From Candidatus Bathyarchaeota archaeon (GTDB lineage Archaea; Thermoproteota; Bathyarchaeia; 40CM-2-53-6): a DNA stretch of 64,000 bases. A program made the position numbers and the translations under genes. The notes below the pieces were generated by a model. It was not told the origin of the DNA, did no database searches, and saw only the letters and a list, made by a program, of their open reading frames with translations. Location: the NCBI GenBank assembly GCA_963733055.1, contig CAVTBR010000001.1, forward strand, positions 736,001-800,000, given 5' to 3'. Below, piece by piece: positions 19,004 to 29,194 of the stretch (position 1 is the stretch's first letter; each line of letters opens with the position of its first letter).

Positions 19004-19138
19004 CTACTTACTTGTGCTCGGGTTTTTCTCAGTCAAACGCTGTCGTATCTTCTCAGCTAAGTTTTTCCGCTCGGTATCATCCCTCGCGGAAATCCATTGC
19101 AGTTTCAAATAGAAAATGTCTTGGTCTTTTGAGGGCAT
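19004..19138 (-). CDS. Possible 44-aa protein MPSKDQDIFYLKLQWISARDDTERKNLAEKIRQRLTEKNPSTSK
   Basis: Fills the gap between co-oriented genes; G-rich run before ATG; upstream aaagttatat TATA-like element. Confidence 0.45.
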   Translation of the reverse strand: MPSKDQDIFYLKLQWISARDDTERKNLAEKIRQRLTEKNPSTSK

Positions 19139-19278
19139 CTTTTTCCCCCGAATTGGATGGTTTGCTTCGACTCCGCAAGAGTCTGGAAATGCGCAATATA
19201 ACTTTAGACTGCAAAACCCGTTTCCTAGCGAAGTACACTCCAGCTAGGATTTTGAGTTTCTGCGTGAGTCGAAAGGGG

Positions 19279-19716
19279 TCAGATGGTTTTGCGCATTGCC
19301 AAAGCCGTGGCACAGCACGCTCCGAACTCTTGCGACTCTTTAACCACCTCATCGATGCTATTTCGGTCCGTTATAGTGAATCCGAGTTTCTCGAAATATT
19401 TGGATGCGTTCTCCGTCAGCAGGTAAACGTCGCGGACTCCATTTTGCCTGGCGTTTGACAGGGCGGCATTGACCAATGCTTTGCCGTATCCCATTCCTCT
19501 AGAGCTCTCGTCAACGGCAACCGAACGAAGTAATGCACACTGGCCGTACAGTTCAACCCCTGCGATTCCGTACCAGACGCCCTTCGCATCTGTTGCGATA
19601 AGAAAGTTCGAGTAGCAACTTTCGACTCCAATCGTTGGTAAACCGTTACCGTTTAGGAAGCTTACAATGTGTTGAAGATCAGTTGCTTCGGCCGCCCTAA
19701 TTTGGAATCCCGGCAA
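19279..19716 (-). CDS. GNAT N-acetyltransferase (ArsN2/ArgA-like)
   Basis: LLRSVAV..RGMGYG, YLLT, YFEKLGF and C-terminal SQEFGACC. Confidence 0.85.
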   Translation of the reverse strand: MPGFQIRAAEATDLQHIVSFLNGNGLPTIGVESCYSNFLIATDAKGVWYGIAGVELYGQCALLRSVAVDESSRGMGYGKALVNAALSNARQNGVRDVYLLTENASKYFEKLGFTITDRNSIDEVVKESQEFGACCATALAMRKTI

Positions 19717-19734
19717 GTCTGTTCCCCGTTCTCT

Positions 19735-20895
19735 TCAGGTAACCGTGATCGAGGTTTCGATGTTCCGCTTTTCTAGTTCGGAAAGCATTCCGTCGGGGGG
19801 AACGCAGGCCTCGGGAGCAAACACCCCTTTCTTTGTTATTGCTCCCGTCATTATCATCTGAGCAACAATAGACGCACCTATACCGGTCAAAAGCGCGGTC
19901 GCATTCTTCACTCCAAATACTGGATCCGGTTTCCCTACAACGTCACAGGTAACAATCCGACTTTTTCCTTCTTTCATGCCCTCAACCATCGTTCTTAGGG
20001 CAACACACCTTTCTGGTTCCTCACTGCTAGAACGCGATTGAAGATAGGCCACGGCGAAGTCGCGAGGTGAAACCTTCGCTCCCTTCACTTCGATGGGAAC
20101 AGGATCGTCTAAACCCGCGTCAATCATGGGCCTAATGGCTTTGAACAGTTTCGGAGACACACCAAGCTTGAAGTCCACATCTGTAACTTGCTTGAAATTC
20201 AGCGGCAGCGTTGCGATTTCGGAATGGATGGAGTAGTGGCAAATGTTCCTACCAACCGGTTCGTTAAACTCCACCACCTCATCTCCAGATAAGGGAGCGA
20301 CCTCCTGAAATTTCGAATCGACGTACATTACCGGCGTCTTAGAATACTCGTCGAATATTGTCGAAACGGCAAACGGAAAGCCCAACCTGTCCCCTACTGA
20401 TCCACCTCGCGCTTCAACCCCTCCAACGCGGATTCTAATCTTCCTAACGCTATCCAATCTCTTTGCGCATAGGGCGACCATTACGTTAGTGATTCCTGGG
20501 CTTTCTCCTCCACCTAGAACGGCGGTGATGCCTGCGTTCTCAGCATTCTGATGTAGCTCCATTTGTTTTCGCGTCATGTGAAAAAGGCCCCCAAGGTCAT
20601 TATAGTGAACCTTTGCCCGAATCGCGGCTTTCATCACGTCGAGATTGTGTTCGTACCACACGGCGTTGATCAAGATCTGGGATTCGCTAAGTTTCTCAGC
20701 CAGTTTGGCTTGATCGGTCGCGTCAACTTTCACCGTTCTAATTTTGTTAGATGCAATAGCGCTCCTGGCATGCTCAGCTCTGGTAATGTCAACATCGCCA
20801 ATGATTACTTCGTCGACTACGCCTGATCTACAGAGGTCGCGGACGGCGACCTCTCCCATTCGTCCTCCCCCAAGTACGAATACGGAATTCGACAT
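19735..20895 (-). CDS. Saccharopine dehydrogenase family oxidoreductase
   Basis: VLGGGRMG, HYNDLGG, GESPGITN, HSE and GVFAPE motifs. Confidence 0.88.
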   Translation of the reverse strand: MSNSVFVLGGGRMGEVAVRDLCRSGVVDEVIIGDVDITRAEHARSAIASNKIRTVKVDATDQAKLAEKLSESQILINAVWYEHNLDVMKAAIRAKVHYNDLGGLFHMTRKQMELHQNAENAGITAVLGGGESPGITNVMVALCAKRLDSVRKIRIRVGGVEARGGSVGDRLGFPFAVSTIFDEYSKTPVMYVDSKFQEVAPLSGDEVVEFNEPVGRNICHYSIHSEIATLPLNFKQVTDVDFKLGVSPKLFKAIRPMIDAGLDDPVPIEVKGAKVSPRDFAVAYLQSRSSSEEPERCVALRTMVEGMKEGKSRIVTCDVVGKPDPVFGVKNATALLTGIGASIVAQMIMTGAITKKGVFAPEACVPPDGMLSELEKRNIETSITVT

Positions 20896-20946
20896 ACGAG
20901 CCGCAGCTCTCCTACGGTTGGATTGGGCGGCGGTGGTTAGGTCAGA

Positions 20947-22605
20947 TCATTCGGGCGGTATCTGTTGAAAGGCTTTCTCGAAAGGTAAGCCTTCACGTTT
21001 TCTGAAGACCTTCGCTACGTAGAACCACGCTAGGCAAATTACGAATAGGGCTATCACTCCCCCTAAGAATGGGAAGTAGAGATTTGCAGCTAAAGTGCCC
21101 GCTCCGAAGTAGAACACATAGTTGTATGAATAGTATCCAATCGTAATGAGTGAGTAAGCTAGAGCGATTATCCCCAGCCAAGAGAGGATCGGGATCTTGG
21201 CGATCTTTTTCTTGATCGGACAGGCTGTGTCGTAAAGTTCCTTACGCGTGTAGGGGAACACTATCGCGGAGATTGAGGCCAATACAAACGTAACGCCCAC
21301 TGCTGCTAGCCCAGCGTATGAGTAGAGTAGAAAAGCGTAGTTTGAAGTTGAGGGCCCTACGACGCCACTCAGGAACGCGAGGAAAACTTCGCCTCCAACA
21401 GCTGCGACTAGGATTGTGTTGGTTGGAGTATGGAATCGTTCGTTAATGTTTGTGAATAGGCTAGGGGCGAGTCGATCGAAGGAGTAGGAAAACACGATTC
21501 TAGACATCAAGAGCATACATTGGGGCGTAACCAGGATAAATCCAGCAATTACTCCAATTCCGATAAACCAGACGAGAAGCGGGTTATTTGCTAGCAACGA
21601 AGCGAAAAGAGTGAGGTTAGGTATGACCGGTAGGGGGTTCGTAACGTACCCGAAAGCGTAGTACCCCGCACCGGTTAGAAATTCTGGCCCCAAATTGTTG
21701 TAGGCTAATCCGAGGACGGCCGCGGTAGTGATGAATATAATTGCGAAACTACCAAACAACGCTGTCTTCGCGCTAGACCTAGCGCTCTTGAGTTCACCAG
21801 CTAAGTAATTTGAAACATATACCCAGAACAGAACAGTGAACCAGAGAGGCACCAAGGTGAAGGTCGACATAATATCCGTTGGAACCGAACCTCCCCAGTA
21901 CGACGTGCCGGTGGCGGTAAAGTTCGCATAGGCACCTTCACTCATTGACACACCTTGTGAAGTAGCGTAGTTGTTGAATACTGTAGCAAAGGAGGTGGGA
22001 TTGGTACTGGCCAATAAGGCAACGATTATCACGATAGCTGCTATCGCTATTATCATGCAGACGTTCTGAATTCGAAAGTATAACTTTGTACTGAACATAA
22101 CGATCAAAGTGAAAATGATGATGGCAACGGTGCCTACCAGGAAGGTGGTCAAAGGTGTGAAGGTTCCCGCGGCATTAGTAGCCCACTGCTGTCCAGTCAA
22201 AGACCCATACACGCTTAGAGTCTGGGCAAGTCCTTGGCTTGAGAAAACGTCCGCTGCATCACCAATCCAGAACCAGAGGAAGAAAGTGTAACCCGCAAAG
22301 TTGGCTGCAAGACCAACTGCCGGGTGGATGATTCGGCTAATGAAAACGTAATCTCCCCCAGATCTAGGCATGCTCACTTGGAAAATGTAATACACGCCGA
22401 GCAATGCGAGGATTCCAGGTGCAGTGAGCACTAGGCTAGCGAGCACATTACCGCCGTAAAGTGGGGCGTATTCCAGCGCGTAGATTATCGACCAAGCTCC
22501 CCCGAAAGAGACTATGTTGAGAAAGAGCATATCCCACGCGGACATGGATCGAACGAGTCCGGTTGCTTCCCTAACAAAAACGGCAGGCTTTGACATCAGA
22601 TTCAC
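20947..22605 (-). CDS. APC family amino acid permease
   Basis: FVREATGLVR, MPRSGGDYVFISR, FDR, C-terminal FQQIPPE; about 12 TM segments. Confidence 0.92.
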   Translation of the reverse strand: MNLMSKPAVFVREATGLVRSMSAWDMLFLNIVSFGGAWSIIYALEYAPLYGGNVLASLVLTAPGILALLGVYYIFQVSMPRSGGDYVFISRIIHPAVGLAANFAGYTFFLWFWIGDAADVFSSQGLAQTLSVYGSLTGQQWATNAAGTFTPLTTFLVGTVAIIIFTLIVMFSTKLYFRIQNVCMIIAIAAIVIIVALLASTNPTSFATVFNNYATSQGVSMSEGAYANFTATGTSYWGGSVPTDIMSTFTLVPLWFTVLFWVYVSNYLAGELKSARSSAKTALFGSFAIIFITTAAVLGLAYNNLGPEFLTGAGYYAFGYVTNPLPVIPNLTLFASLLANNPLLVWFIGIGVIAGFILVTPQCMLLMSRIVFSYSFDRLAPSLFTNINERFHTPTNTILVAAVGGEVFLAFLSGVVGPSTSNYAFLLYSYAGLAAVGVTFVLASISAIVFPYTRKELYDTACPIKKKIAKIPILSWLGIIALAYSLITIGYYSYNYVFYFGAGTLAANLYFPFLGGVIALFVICLAWFYVAKVFRKREGLPFEKAFQQIPPE

Positions 22606-22688
22606 GCTTTTGACGATTGCAAATATCGGTTTTCATTGGTTAAAAGACTTAGCAATGTATATTCCAAAAGTAGAGTGACCGTGTTTGT

Positions 22689-23618
22689 TCAACAGTTGAA
22701 AGTCCTAGTATCTGTCGACGCGATTCCGGCAAGTTTGGACCCGTCGGGGGCCCAGGACACACGGCTGAAGAAGAATTCGTTGCTGCTGTAAAGCGAAGTG
22801 AACCTTTCCCCGTCCCATAAGATGAGTTGACCGTTCCCCGTTCCTACTTGCGTTGTTGCTGTGGCGATGGCTGCGGCCTTACCCTTCGGATCCCATCTTA
22901 CGGCAACCGGGTAGACCCTGCTGTTTTCGAATTTGATGGGTGACAATGTGTTTTCTTGGAATTTCGCGATTAGTCCATTGTGCCAAACGACATCATACCC
23001 AACCACTAAAGCGTAAGCATCATCTGGCTTCGAATCGATACCGATTAGGTCTGAGCGCCCTTCGTTGGCGCCTCTCAGAACGTTTGATTTTGTTTCGTAA
23101 GTGAAGAGGTTGGGGGAAGGGATGAATTCTTCAGCGAAGCAGTTGGAGGCTACGAGTGCTTGATCAGAGGAGTGTCGCCAAGAGATATCACGGAGATTTG
23201 CTCTGCCATTGTCAATCGTTTCTATGTGGTTGTCGTAGTATTTCATTAATGCCCCGTTGTTTCCAGCGATCACTGCTAGATCGCCTTTCGGATTCCAGGC
23301 TACGGTACGAAGATTTTCGTTAGTTAAGGTGCTTAACTTTCTGAAATTTCCATCCTCATCAAGCAGTAGGGCCGTACCCGCATTTCCCACTATCAAGGCT
23401 GAGTCGTTGGTTGGGTTTACTGATATTGCGCGGAGGTTGTGCTTGGTGTTTGGATTGAGTCTGTGTATTTCGCCCTCCCGGATTCTTATGACCTTTCCCC
23501 CGTTGCCTACGAGTAATAAGTCAGGACCGTGTCTGTCCAAAGCCAATGCGCGAAAATTTGTCCGGAATAGCCTTGTCTCTATCCTGTTGCCATCGTAAAG
23601 GACTAAAATTGACGACAA
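22689..23618 (-). CDS. Beta-propeller (WD40/YCF48-like) repeat protein
   Basis: Repeated NLR.[IV].W.P...A[LV]I[VA]GN.G units. Confidence 0.75.
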   Translation of the reverse strand: MSSILVLYDGNRIETRLFRTNFRALALDRHGPDLLLVGNGGKVIRIREGEIHRLNPNTKHNLRAISVNPTNDSALIVGNAGTALLLDEDGNFRKLSTLTNENLRTVAWNPKGDLAVIAGNNGALMKYYDNHIETIDNGRANLRDISWRHSSDQALVASNCFAEEFIPSPNLFTYETKSNVLRGANEGRSDLIGIDSKPDDAYALVVGYDVVWHNGLIAKFQENTLSPIKFENSRVYPVAVRWDPKGKAAAIATATTQVGTGNGQLILWDGERFTSLYSSNEFFFSRVSWAPDGSKLAGIASTDTRTFNC

Positions 23619-23720
23619 TCAGCGAACTTCCTTGATTCTGTCTCGTCCGTGACCCCGTTTATGGTTGACTCAAAAAGTAGATTTGAGTGTTCTATTAACA
23701 TTGGAAACTTCGGGTAGTCG

Positions 23721-24062
23721 TTGATGAGAGACGGTGGAAAGCGGACTTCAAGGGTAGGAGTGTACTCTGAGCGTCCAATCAGAAATGAGAAGGATCTGTT
23801 AGACTTCATCGAAGCCTTAGATGAGGACGAAGGAGTGCGTGCAGACGGGAATCTGGAGAATCATGTAAACGGAGGTTTCGTCTTTGTGGGCATCTTCAGG
23901 GGCAGTTACTGTGTGAATATCTGCGATAAATTGTGGAATCCCAAGTTACGGAAGCATGTTGCTGGAGGAAAGGATGAATGGTATTATTTCGATACCGGGA
24001 AGGAAGCATTTCGCTTCGTCCTCAAGGAAGCGAGGCATCCGCTTCGTGCTTGGCTCTATTAG
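23721..24062 (+). CDS. Hypothetical protein
   Basis: 113-aa ORF filling the intergenic space with protein-like composition. Confidence 0.6.
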   Translation: MMRDGGKRTSRVGVYSERPIRNEKDLLDFIEALDEDEGVRADGNLENHVNGGFVFVGIFRGSYCVNICDKLWNPKLRKHVAGGKDEWYYFDTGKEAFRFVLKEARHPLRAWLY

Positions 24063-24069
24063 GTTGGAT

Positions 24070-25285
24070 CTAGGTGAGTAGGCCAAGCACCCCTGCCAGA
24101 CTTCGAAATGTTTTTTCGAACTCTGTTTTCGTTCCTTGATTGAGAGTCGGACCGACTCTTGCGAGCTCGTCAGCGAATTCTGTTAGGACGTTCAGTGCTC
24201 CGGGTGTATCGAAGTCATTGTTCATATGGCGTGTGAATGCTGACTTGTATCTGACCAGTTTTGCGGGCGGGTTTCTCGCCTTTAGATCCGCGGCGGGTTT
24301 TGCGTCTAAGAATGAGTTGAAATTTTTCAAGAGACGATCGAGCTTACGTTTGGTCTTGATCAATCCGCTGTTTGAAAATACCATAGGTTGCCTGTAATGT
24401 ACCGATTCAAAGTAGAATCTGATTTCCGGTGCGGTGTGATCTCGGAGGGCGTCCCGAATACGGATTACGTTACCCAATGATTTACTCATCTTACGACCCG
24501 CTACGTTCAACAAACCCGTGTGGAGCCAGTAACGCACAAACGGGATCTTCCCGGTCAGGGCTTCTGCCTGCGCGATCTCAGCTTCATGGTGTGGAAAAAT
24601 CAGTTCTGAGGCACCACCATGGATGTCATAGCTATTTCCGAATTGCCCCATCGATACGGCTGTGTCCTCAATGTGCCATCCCGGCCTGCCTCGTCCCCAA
24701 GGCGAATCCCAAGCGAGTCCTTTCTCATACTTTCTCCACAATGAGAAATCCTCGGGCTTTCGCTTCGAAGAACATAGTTCAAGCCTTCGCAAGCCCAGTT
24801 CTTCGTGGGTTAGGCCGGAGAGTTGGCCAAATGTGGGGAACTTGTCGACCTCGAAGTAGACGCCGGTCTCTGTTTCGTATGCTATTCCCCTGTCGATTAG
24901 GCCGGTTACTTGCGCGATCATTTTCGGAATAGCTTCGGAAGCTCTTTCGAACCGATCAACCTGTGTTACTCCAAGAGACTCCATGTCTTCCAAAAATGCG
25001 CGTTCGTATTCTCGGGCGAGGTCGAGAGGGTCTCGTTTTAGCTGCTCGGCTCGTTGAACGACTCGCTCAGCTACATCTGTGATATTCATGAGGTATTGGA
25101 TTCTGTAACCCAAGAACTTCAGGTAACGAGTAATCGTATCAAAGGCAAGATATGTTCTAGCGTGCCCCAAGTGAGGGAAGTCGTACACAGTGGGCCCACA
25201 CACGAACATCTTGACTTGCGCAGTCTGGGGATACGGTGAATAGTTCCTTCCTGCGGGTAAGCGAATTGTAAACTTTGAGTTGCAT
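24070..25285 (-). CDS. cysS: Cysteine--tRNA ligase with an apparent 1-nt frameshift near 25227-25230
   Basis: CGPTVYD, HLGH, WDSPWG.GRPGWHIE and KMSKS; N-terminus MQLKVYNSLTRRKE from ATG 25285 joins after removing one C. Confidence 0.95.
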
Positions 25286-25475
25286 CGTCTGCTCCCATCT
25301 CCAGCATAGGTAGTGCCGTTAATCAGTTCCGTAATCTCCCAGACCGCTGTCTTAGATGCAGTATAAACTTCTCAGCGGCAATACCGTCATGAACAAGCTA
25401 TAGTCGACGCGGTCCTCCTATGTCACCGAAAATGGGCGAATTTACCGGAGAGGCGTGGATTTGGAACGTTTACGG

Positions 25476-25712
25476 CTACGTTGACTGTTTTTTCGCTTTG
25501 CTCTGGACAATGTAGTAGTTTTCGTCCACGTCAATCTCCAAGTCTGGCACGAAGGCTAAGATGAATTCGATTAATTCATCCATGCTTCGCTTGCGTCTCT
25601 CTTTCAACTGGAGAAAACCCTGTAGACTCACAAGCCGCTCGTACATATCGGAGCTGATCTTGATGCTTCTGCTTAACCGCCTCTTCTTGCCGGGTTCAAA
25701 TGTTCTCGACAC
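25476..25712 (-). CDS. Ribbon-helix-helix/CopG-like DNA-binding protein (antitoxin-like); start uncertain
   Basis: RSIKISSDMYERL...SMDELIEFIL pattern; GTG 25712 preferred because TTG 25766 lies within the conserved promoter block. Confidence 0.6.
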   Translation of the reverse strand: MSRTFEPGKKRRLSRSIKISSDMYERLVSLQGFLQLKERRKRSMDELIEFILAFVPDLEIDVDENYYIVQSKAKKQST

Positions 25713-25723
25713 TAAGTATCTCC

Positions 25724-25780
25724 GGTAGAAATGTAGAACATTCGGGCTTTTTACCTTTTTCTCCAAGCCGCGTTATATAC
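25724..25780 (+). promoter_or_regulatory. Promoter block of peptide gene copy 2
   Basis: GGTAGAAAT, GAACATT, CTTTTTCTCCA and TTATATA align without gaps to 12404-12460. Confidence 0.6.
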
Positions 25781-25844
25781 AAGATTCATGCCCGCTCCCA
25801 GTAACCTGGTAATGCAACACCAGAAAACAGGGAGGTGAGTTGAG

Positions 25845-25925
25845 ATGGCGAAGAAACGTAAGGTTAAGATGAGTTTAGGTAAGGAGCACGACAAGAACGT
25901 TAGACAAGAGGAAATGGTAGCATAA
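25845..25925 (+). CDS. 26-aa peptide MAKKRKVKMSLGKEHDKNVRQEEMVA, copy 2
   Basis: GGAGGTG SD at 25831, ATG at 25845; same peptide as 12509-12589. Confidence 0.78.
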   Translation: MAKKRKVKMSLGKEHDKNVRQEEMVA

Positions 25926-25998
25926 GCCCACTAGTTGGGCTCCGTTTCCGGATCAAGCCCCCGTTCTAACTTTTTCTGTCTATCTTTTCGTTTTTTCG
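25926..25998 (+). terminator. Hairpin plus oligo-T tracts after peptide gene copy 2
   Basis: GCCCA-CTAGT-TGGGC stem followed by several T4-T6 runs. Confidence 0.5.
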
Positions 25999-26063
25999 AT
26001 GCGAACTGCTTTTCTTCTGTCGGTTTGAGTACAGATAGAGTCTTAAGCAAACTACCGCATAAA

Positions 26064-26861
26064 ATGGCGAACACGCGTAGTGTTCATCTTATGTTGGAAT
26101 TAATCCCGGGCCATATATCGCAAGCGATACTACTCATTGTCGTGTTGATTGCGATTTACGAAGTATCAAGGGTCGCGTCGAAAAGGAAGCTGAAAACGCG
26201 GGGCATCCCTGGACTGGAGAGGATTGATGAATGGATTAAGGAAGCAGCAAAACTCAAGCGAAGCGTATTCTTCACGCCCGGAACGGGCAGTGTCACCTCA
26301 CCGGACACGCTCGCGGCACTCGCCCTTCTCCAATATGTTGCAAAACACTGTGTTGAACATGACGCCCGGATCTTAGTTGCAAACTCCGATCCCCAAGTGC
26401 AACAGGTTACGGAGGATATCGTGAAAAGTGCATACGCTAAAGCGGGCAGAGAAAAAGAATTCAGCACGGACATGGTGCGGTACGTATCCACTCGGCAGTT
26501 CGCATATGCAGCAGGTGTTATGGGAATTCTACGCCGCGAAAAACCCGCCGTCAACTTTTTCGTTGGCGACTTTCAGGCGGAAGCGTTGCAACTCGCCGAG
26601 ACTGGAAGAAGCGAAGCGCTTTACCAGTTCGGGGGCACAACAAACACCGACCAACTACCATTCTTCATGACAACTTGCGATCAAACCCTAATCGGAGAGG
26701 AGCTATACACAGCACAAGGATACCTTTCCTCGGATCCTGAAGCCGTTTCCCGCCTCGTCGGACCCGACGCAGGAAAGATCCTCGCGATTCTCCTCATTCT
26801 AGCTGGCGCGCTTCTCATAACTTTCGGTAACTCGATCCTGATCGCCTTGATGGAGTTCTGA
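26064..26861 (+). CDS. Uncharacterised membrane protein (resembles DUF6754 family), gene 1 of a four-gene operon
   Basis: N- and C-terminal TM segments around a soluble domain; RGIPGL, QFAYAAGV.G and QLPFF..TCD..LIGEELY motifs; start reset from 25935. Confidence 0.8.
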   Translation: MANTRSVHLMLELIPGHISQAILLIVVLIAIYEVSRVASKRKLKTRGIPGLERIDEWIKEAAKLKRSVFFTPGTGSVTSPDTLAALALLQYVAKHCVEHDARILVANSDPQVQQVTEDIVKSAYAKAGREKEFSTDMVRYVSTRQFAYAAGVMGILRREKPAVNFFVGDFQAEALQLAETGRSEALYQFGGTTNTDQLPFFMTTCDQTLIGEELYTAQGYLSSDPEAVSRLVGPDAGKILAILLILAGALLITFGNSILIALMEF

Positions 26862-26868
26862 GGCACCA

Positions 26869-27561
26869 ATGAGCTCAAGCAAGAAGAAGATGACTCGAGG
26901 AGAATTTGGCCTTCAGCTGATTATCTTCGGCCTGGGCTTCTTCTATGCAATAGTCTACTATGTTGCACTGCCAGGAATAGTCGATTTGCAGGCTGTTTCT
27001 GACCAGTTATTGGCCTACTTGACCGCGATGCTCACGGCCACGTTCGCGATCGGAATCATCAACCTCACTCGCGTCCATGTGAACAACATCAAAAGAAAGC
27101 GGGCGACTTGGAGGTACAGCGTGATTCTCCTCGTATCCCTTTACGCAATGGCGATCTTCAGTATGATCGCCTCACCTTACGCGCTGGACCCACAAGCGGC
27201 TGTAATACCAACAAATGTCATTGCCTTCTCAACCCCCATCTGGGAATTCCTGTACTACAAAATTCTTGTGAACATAAACTCAAGCATCTTTTCTCTTCTC
27301 GCCTTCTTCATCGCTTCAGCAGCTTACCGAGCTTTCAAAGCACGATCCTTAGAGTCGACGATTCTGCTAGCCGCAGGCTTACTAGTCGTGCTGGGACAGG
27401 CGCCAATAGCAGATTTGGCGTGGCCAGGATTCAGCGTGATTCGCGACTGGATATTGGCTTTTCCCAACACGGCGGGGCAAAGAGGCATCCTCATCGGCGC
27501 TGCACTAGGAATTCTTGCGTTCAGTGTTCGCAGACTAATCCGGTACCCTTGGGGAGACTAA
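26869..27561 (+). CDS. Uncharacterised multi-TM protein, operon gene 2
   Basis: FSLLAFFIASAAYRAFKARS and PNTAGQRGILIG; about 6 TM segments. Confidence 0.8.
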   Translation: MSSSKKKMTRGEFGLQLIIFGLGFFYAIVYYVALPGIVDLQAVSDQLLAYLTAMLTATFAIGIINLTRVHVNNIKRKRATWRYSVILLVSLYAMAIFSMIASPYALDPQAAVIPTNVIAFSTPIWEFLYYKILVNINSSIFSLLAFFIASAAYRAFKARSLESTILLAAGLLVVLGQAPIADLAWPGFSVIRDWILAFPNTAGQRGILIGAALGILAFSVRRLIRYPWGD

Positions 27562-27565
27562 CAGG

Positions 27566-28414
27566 ATGGCTGCGACAAGTCTCAGATCGGACCCCAGGCT
27601 AGTGTACCTAATCCTGTTGCTAGTTATCACAGTGCCTATTCTTTCACACGCGGTGATTGCTGTTCCAATCGGCCCAACTACGCGTGCATTGTATGATTTC
27701 ATTCAGAACCTGCCGCCCAACAGCCTTGTAATAGAGAGCTTCGATTACGCTACAAGCGTCGTCCCAGAATTGCACCCCCAAGCCATAGTTGTCACACAAC
27801 ATATCTTCATGAGGCCGCTTAAGGTTCTCTTCGTAGCGCTAGATAATAATGGCCCGACACTGGCTGATGCAGTCCTCGACGCGATCAATAAGGGCAATAA
27901 GAGCTACGGTGTCGACTACGCAAACCTTGGATATATTCCCAACACTGCTACGCTAATCGGCATGCCCTCAAACATAGCTCAATTCCTACCACTTGACACG
28001 CACGGTAACCCTACCGCCAGCCTTCCGATCATCAAAGAATTTCCCGCCGCCAAGGACGCGGCGTTGGTAATCACCTTCGACGATGACAGCAGCGCCCTCT
28101 ATTCCTATCTTCAATATTGGCAAGGGCGTTCCAACATCGCGGTTGCGGTTGGAGCTACGGCCACGATAGCCCCAGGCTTCGAGCCGTTCTACAACTCAGG
28201 CCAGCTTGTGGGCATTCTGATCAGCATACGCGGGGCCGCAGAATATGAGTTGCTACTGAGCCAGCAGTATAATTGCTGTTTGGGGATCAGCGGAGCCTCC
28301 TCCGCTATGGTTGCGCTATCTGCGTCCCATTTGCTGATAGTCGCGATGGTCGTATTCGGCAATGTGGCCTATTTCATTGGCCGGCGAAATTCAACTTCGA
28401 AGAGGGCGAAATGA
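27566..28414 (+). CDS. Uncharacterised membrane-anchored protein, operon gene 3
   Basis: Terminal TM segments with a soluble domain; YGVDYANLGY and SGQLVG....GAAEYE. Confidence 0.8.
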   Translation: MAATSLRSDPRLVYLILLLVITVPILSHAVIAVPIGPTTRALYDFIQNLPPNSLVIESFDYATSVVPELHPQAIVVTQHIFMRPLKVLFVALDNNGPTLADAVLDAINKGNKSYGVDYANLGYIPNTATLIGMPSNIAQFLPLDTHGNPTASLPIIKEFPAAKDAALVITFDDDSSALYSYLQYWQGRSNIAVAVGATATIAPGFEPFYNSGQLVGILISIRGAAEYELLLSQQYNCCLGISGASSAMVALSASHLLIVAMVVFGNVAYFIGRRNSTSKRAK

Positions 28415-28417
28415 GAC

Positions 28418-29194
28418 ATGAATCCAATTGATCTGATTGGAGTTGTGGTTGGTGTATTCATTACCCTGATGGTGCTTAGTTTTCTATACAAGGAAAACCC
28501 ATTCTTCCGCTTAACCGAATACTCCTTTATTGGCCTCGCCGCTGGCTACGCCCTCGCCGCTTCCCTACGCCTTTTCGTAAACCAAGCCCTTAACCCAATT
28601 TTCATAGGTGGCGACCTAACATTCGTAGTACCACTGATCCTAGGCTCGCTGTTCTACGCCCAGTTCACAAAGAAGTACTCGTCCCTGTACAGGCTGCCGT
28701 TGAGTTTAGCGATTGGTTACGGTCTAGGGGTCACTATCTGGAGCATATTTGCAACATTTTTCGTGAAACAGGTGACTGCAACAATAATTCCCCTGTATAC
28801 CGGGAACATTCTCACTACCTTCGACAATGTTGTCTTGGTTGCAGGAACTATACTGACCCTCTCCTACTTCATCCTACTCAGAGAGCAGAAAGGAGTCTGG
28901 GGAGGAGTTACAAAAATTGGCAAATATTTGATACTTGCTACTCTTGGCGCTGTCTTCGGAAGCACGGTCTTAGGACGGATGGCAATAATAATTCAGAGAG
29001 TACAATTCCTTGTTGGCGATGCCGCTTTCCCTTGGCGCGCATTAGGAATGGGAACCGCCACTGAAGGCGCCTATGCTCCGATTGGGGTAGTGGCATTTCT
29101 GGCTATTTTCGGTTACTACATGTACAGGGAGAAAAACAAGAGATCAAGTGCTAGTGCTGAAATTAAGCCGAAGGCATCTAAGGCTCAGACTTAG
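28418..29194 (+). CDS. Uncharacterised multi-TM protein, operon gene 4
   Basis: SFLYKENPFFRLTE, LSYF and GAVFGSTVLGR. Confidence 0.8.
   Translation: MNPIDLIGVVVGVFITLMVLSFLYKENPFFRLTEYSFIGLAAGYALAASLRLFVNQALNPIFIGGDLTFVVPLILGSLFYAQFTKKYSSLYRLPLSLAIGYGLGVTIWSIFATFFVKQVTATIIPLYTGNILTTFDNVVLVAGTILTLSYFILLREQKGVWGGVTKIGKYLILATLGAVFGSTVLGRMAIIIQRVQFLVGDAAFPWRALGMGTATEGAYAPIGVVAFLAIFGYYMYREKNKRSSASAEIKPKASKAQT

Noticed and set aside
25225-25232. cysS frameshift as an intron or recoding site
   Set aside because: Removing one base from G4 gives a normal-length N-terminus with no extra sequence and no BHB; the gene is probably essential
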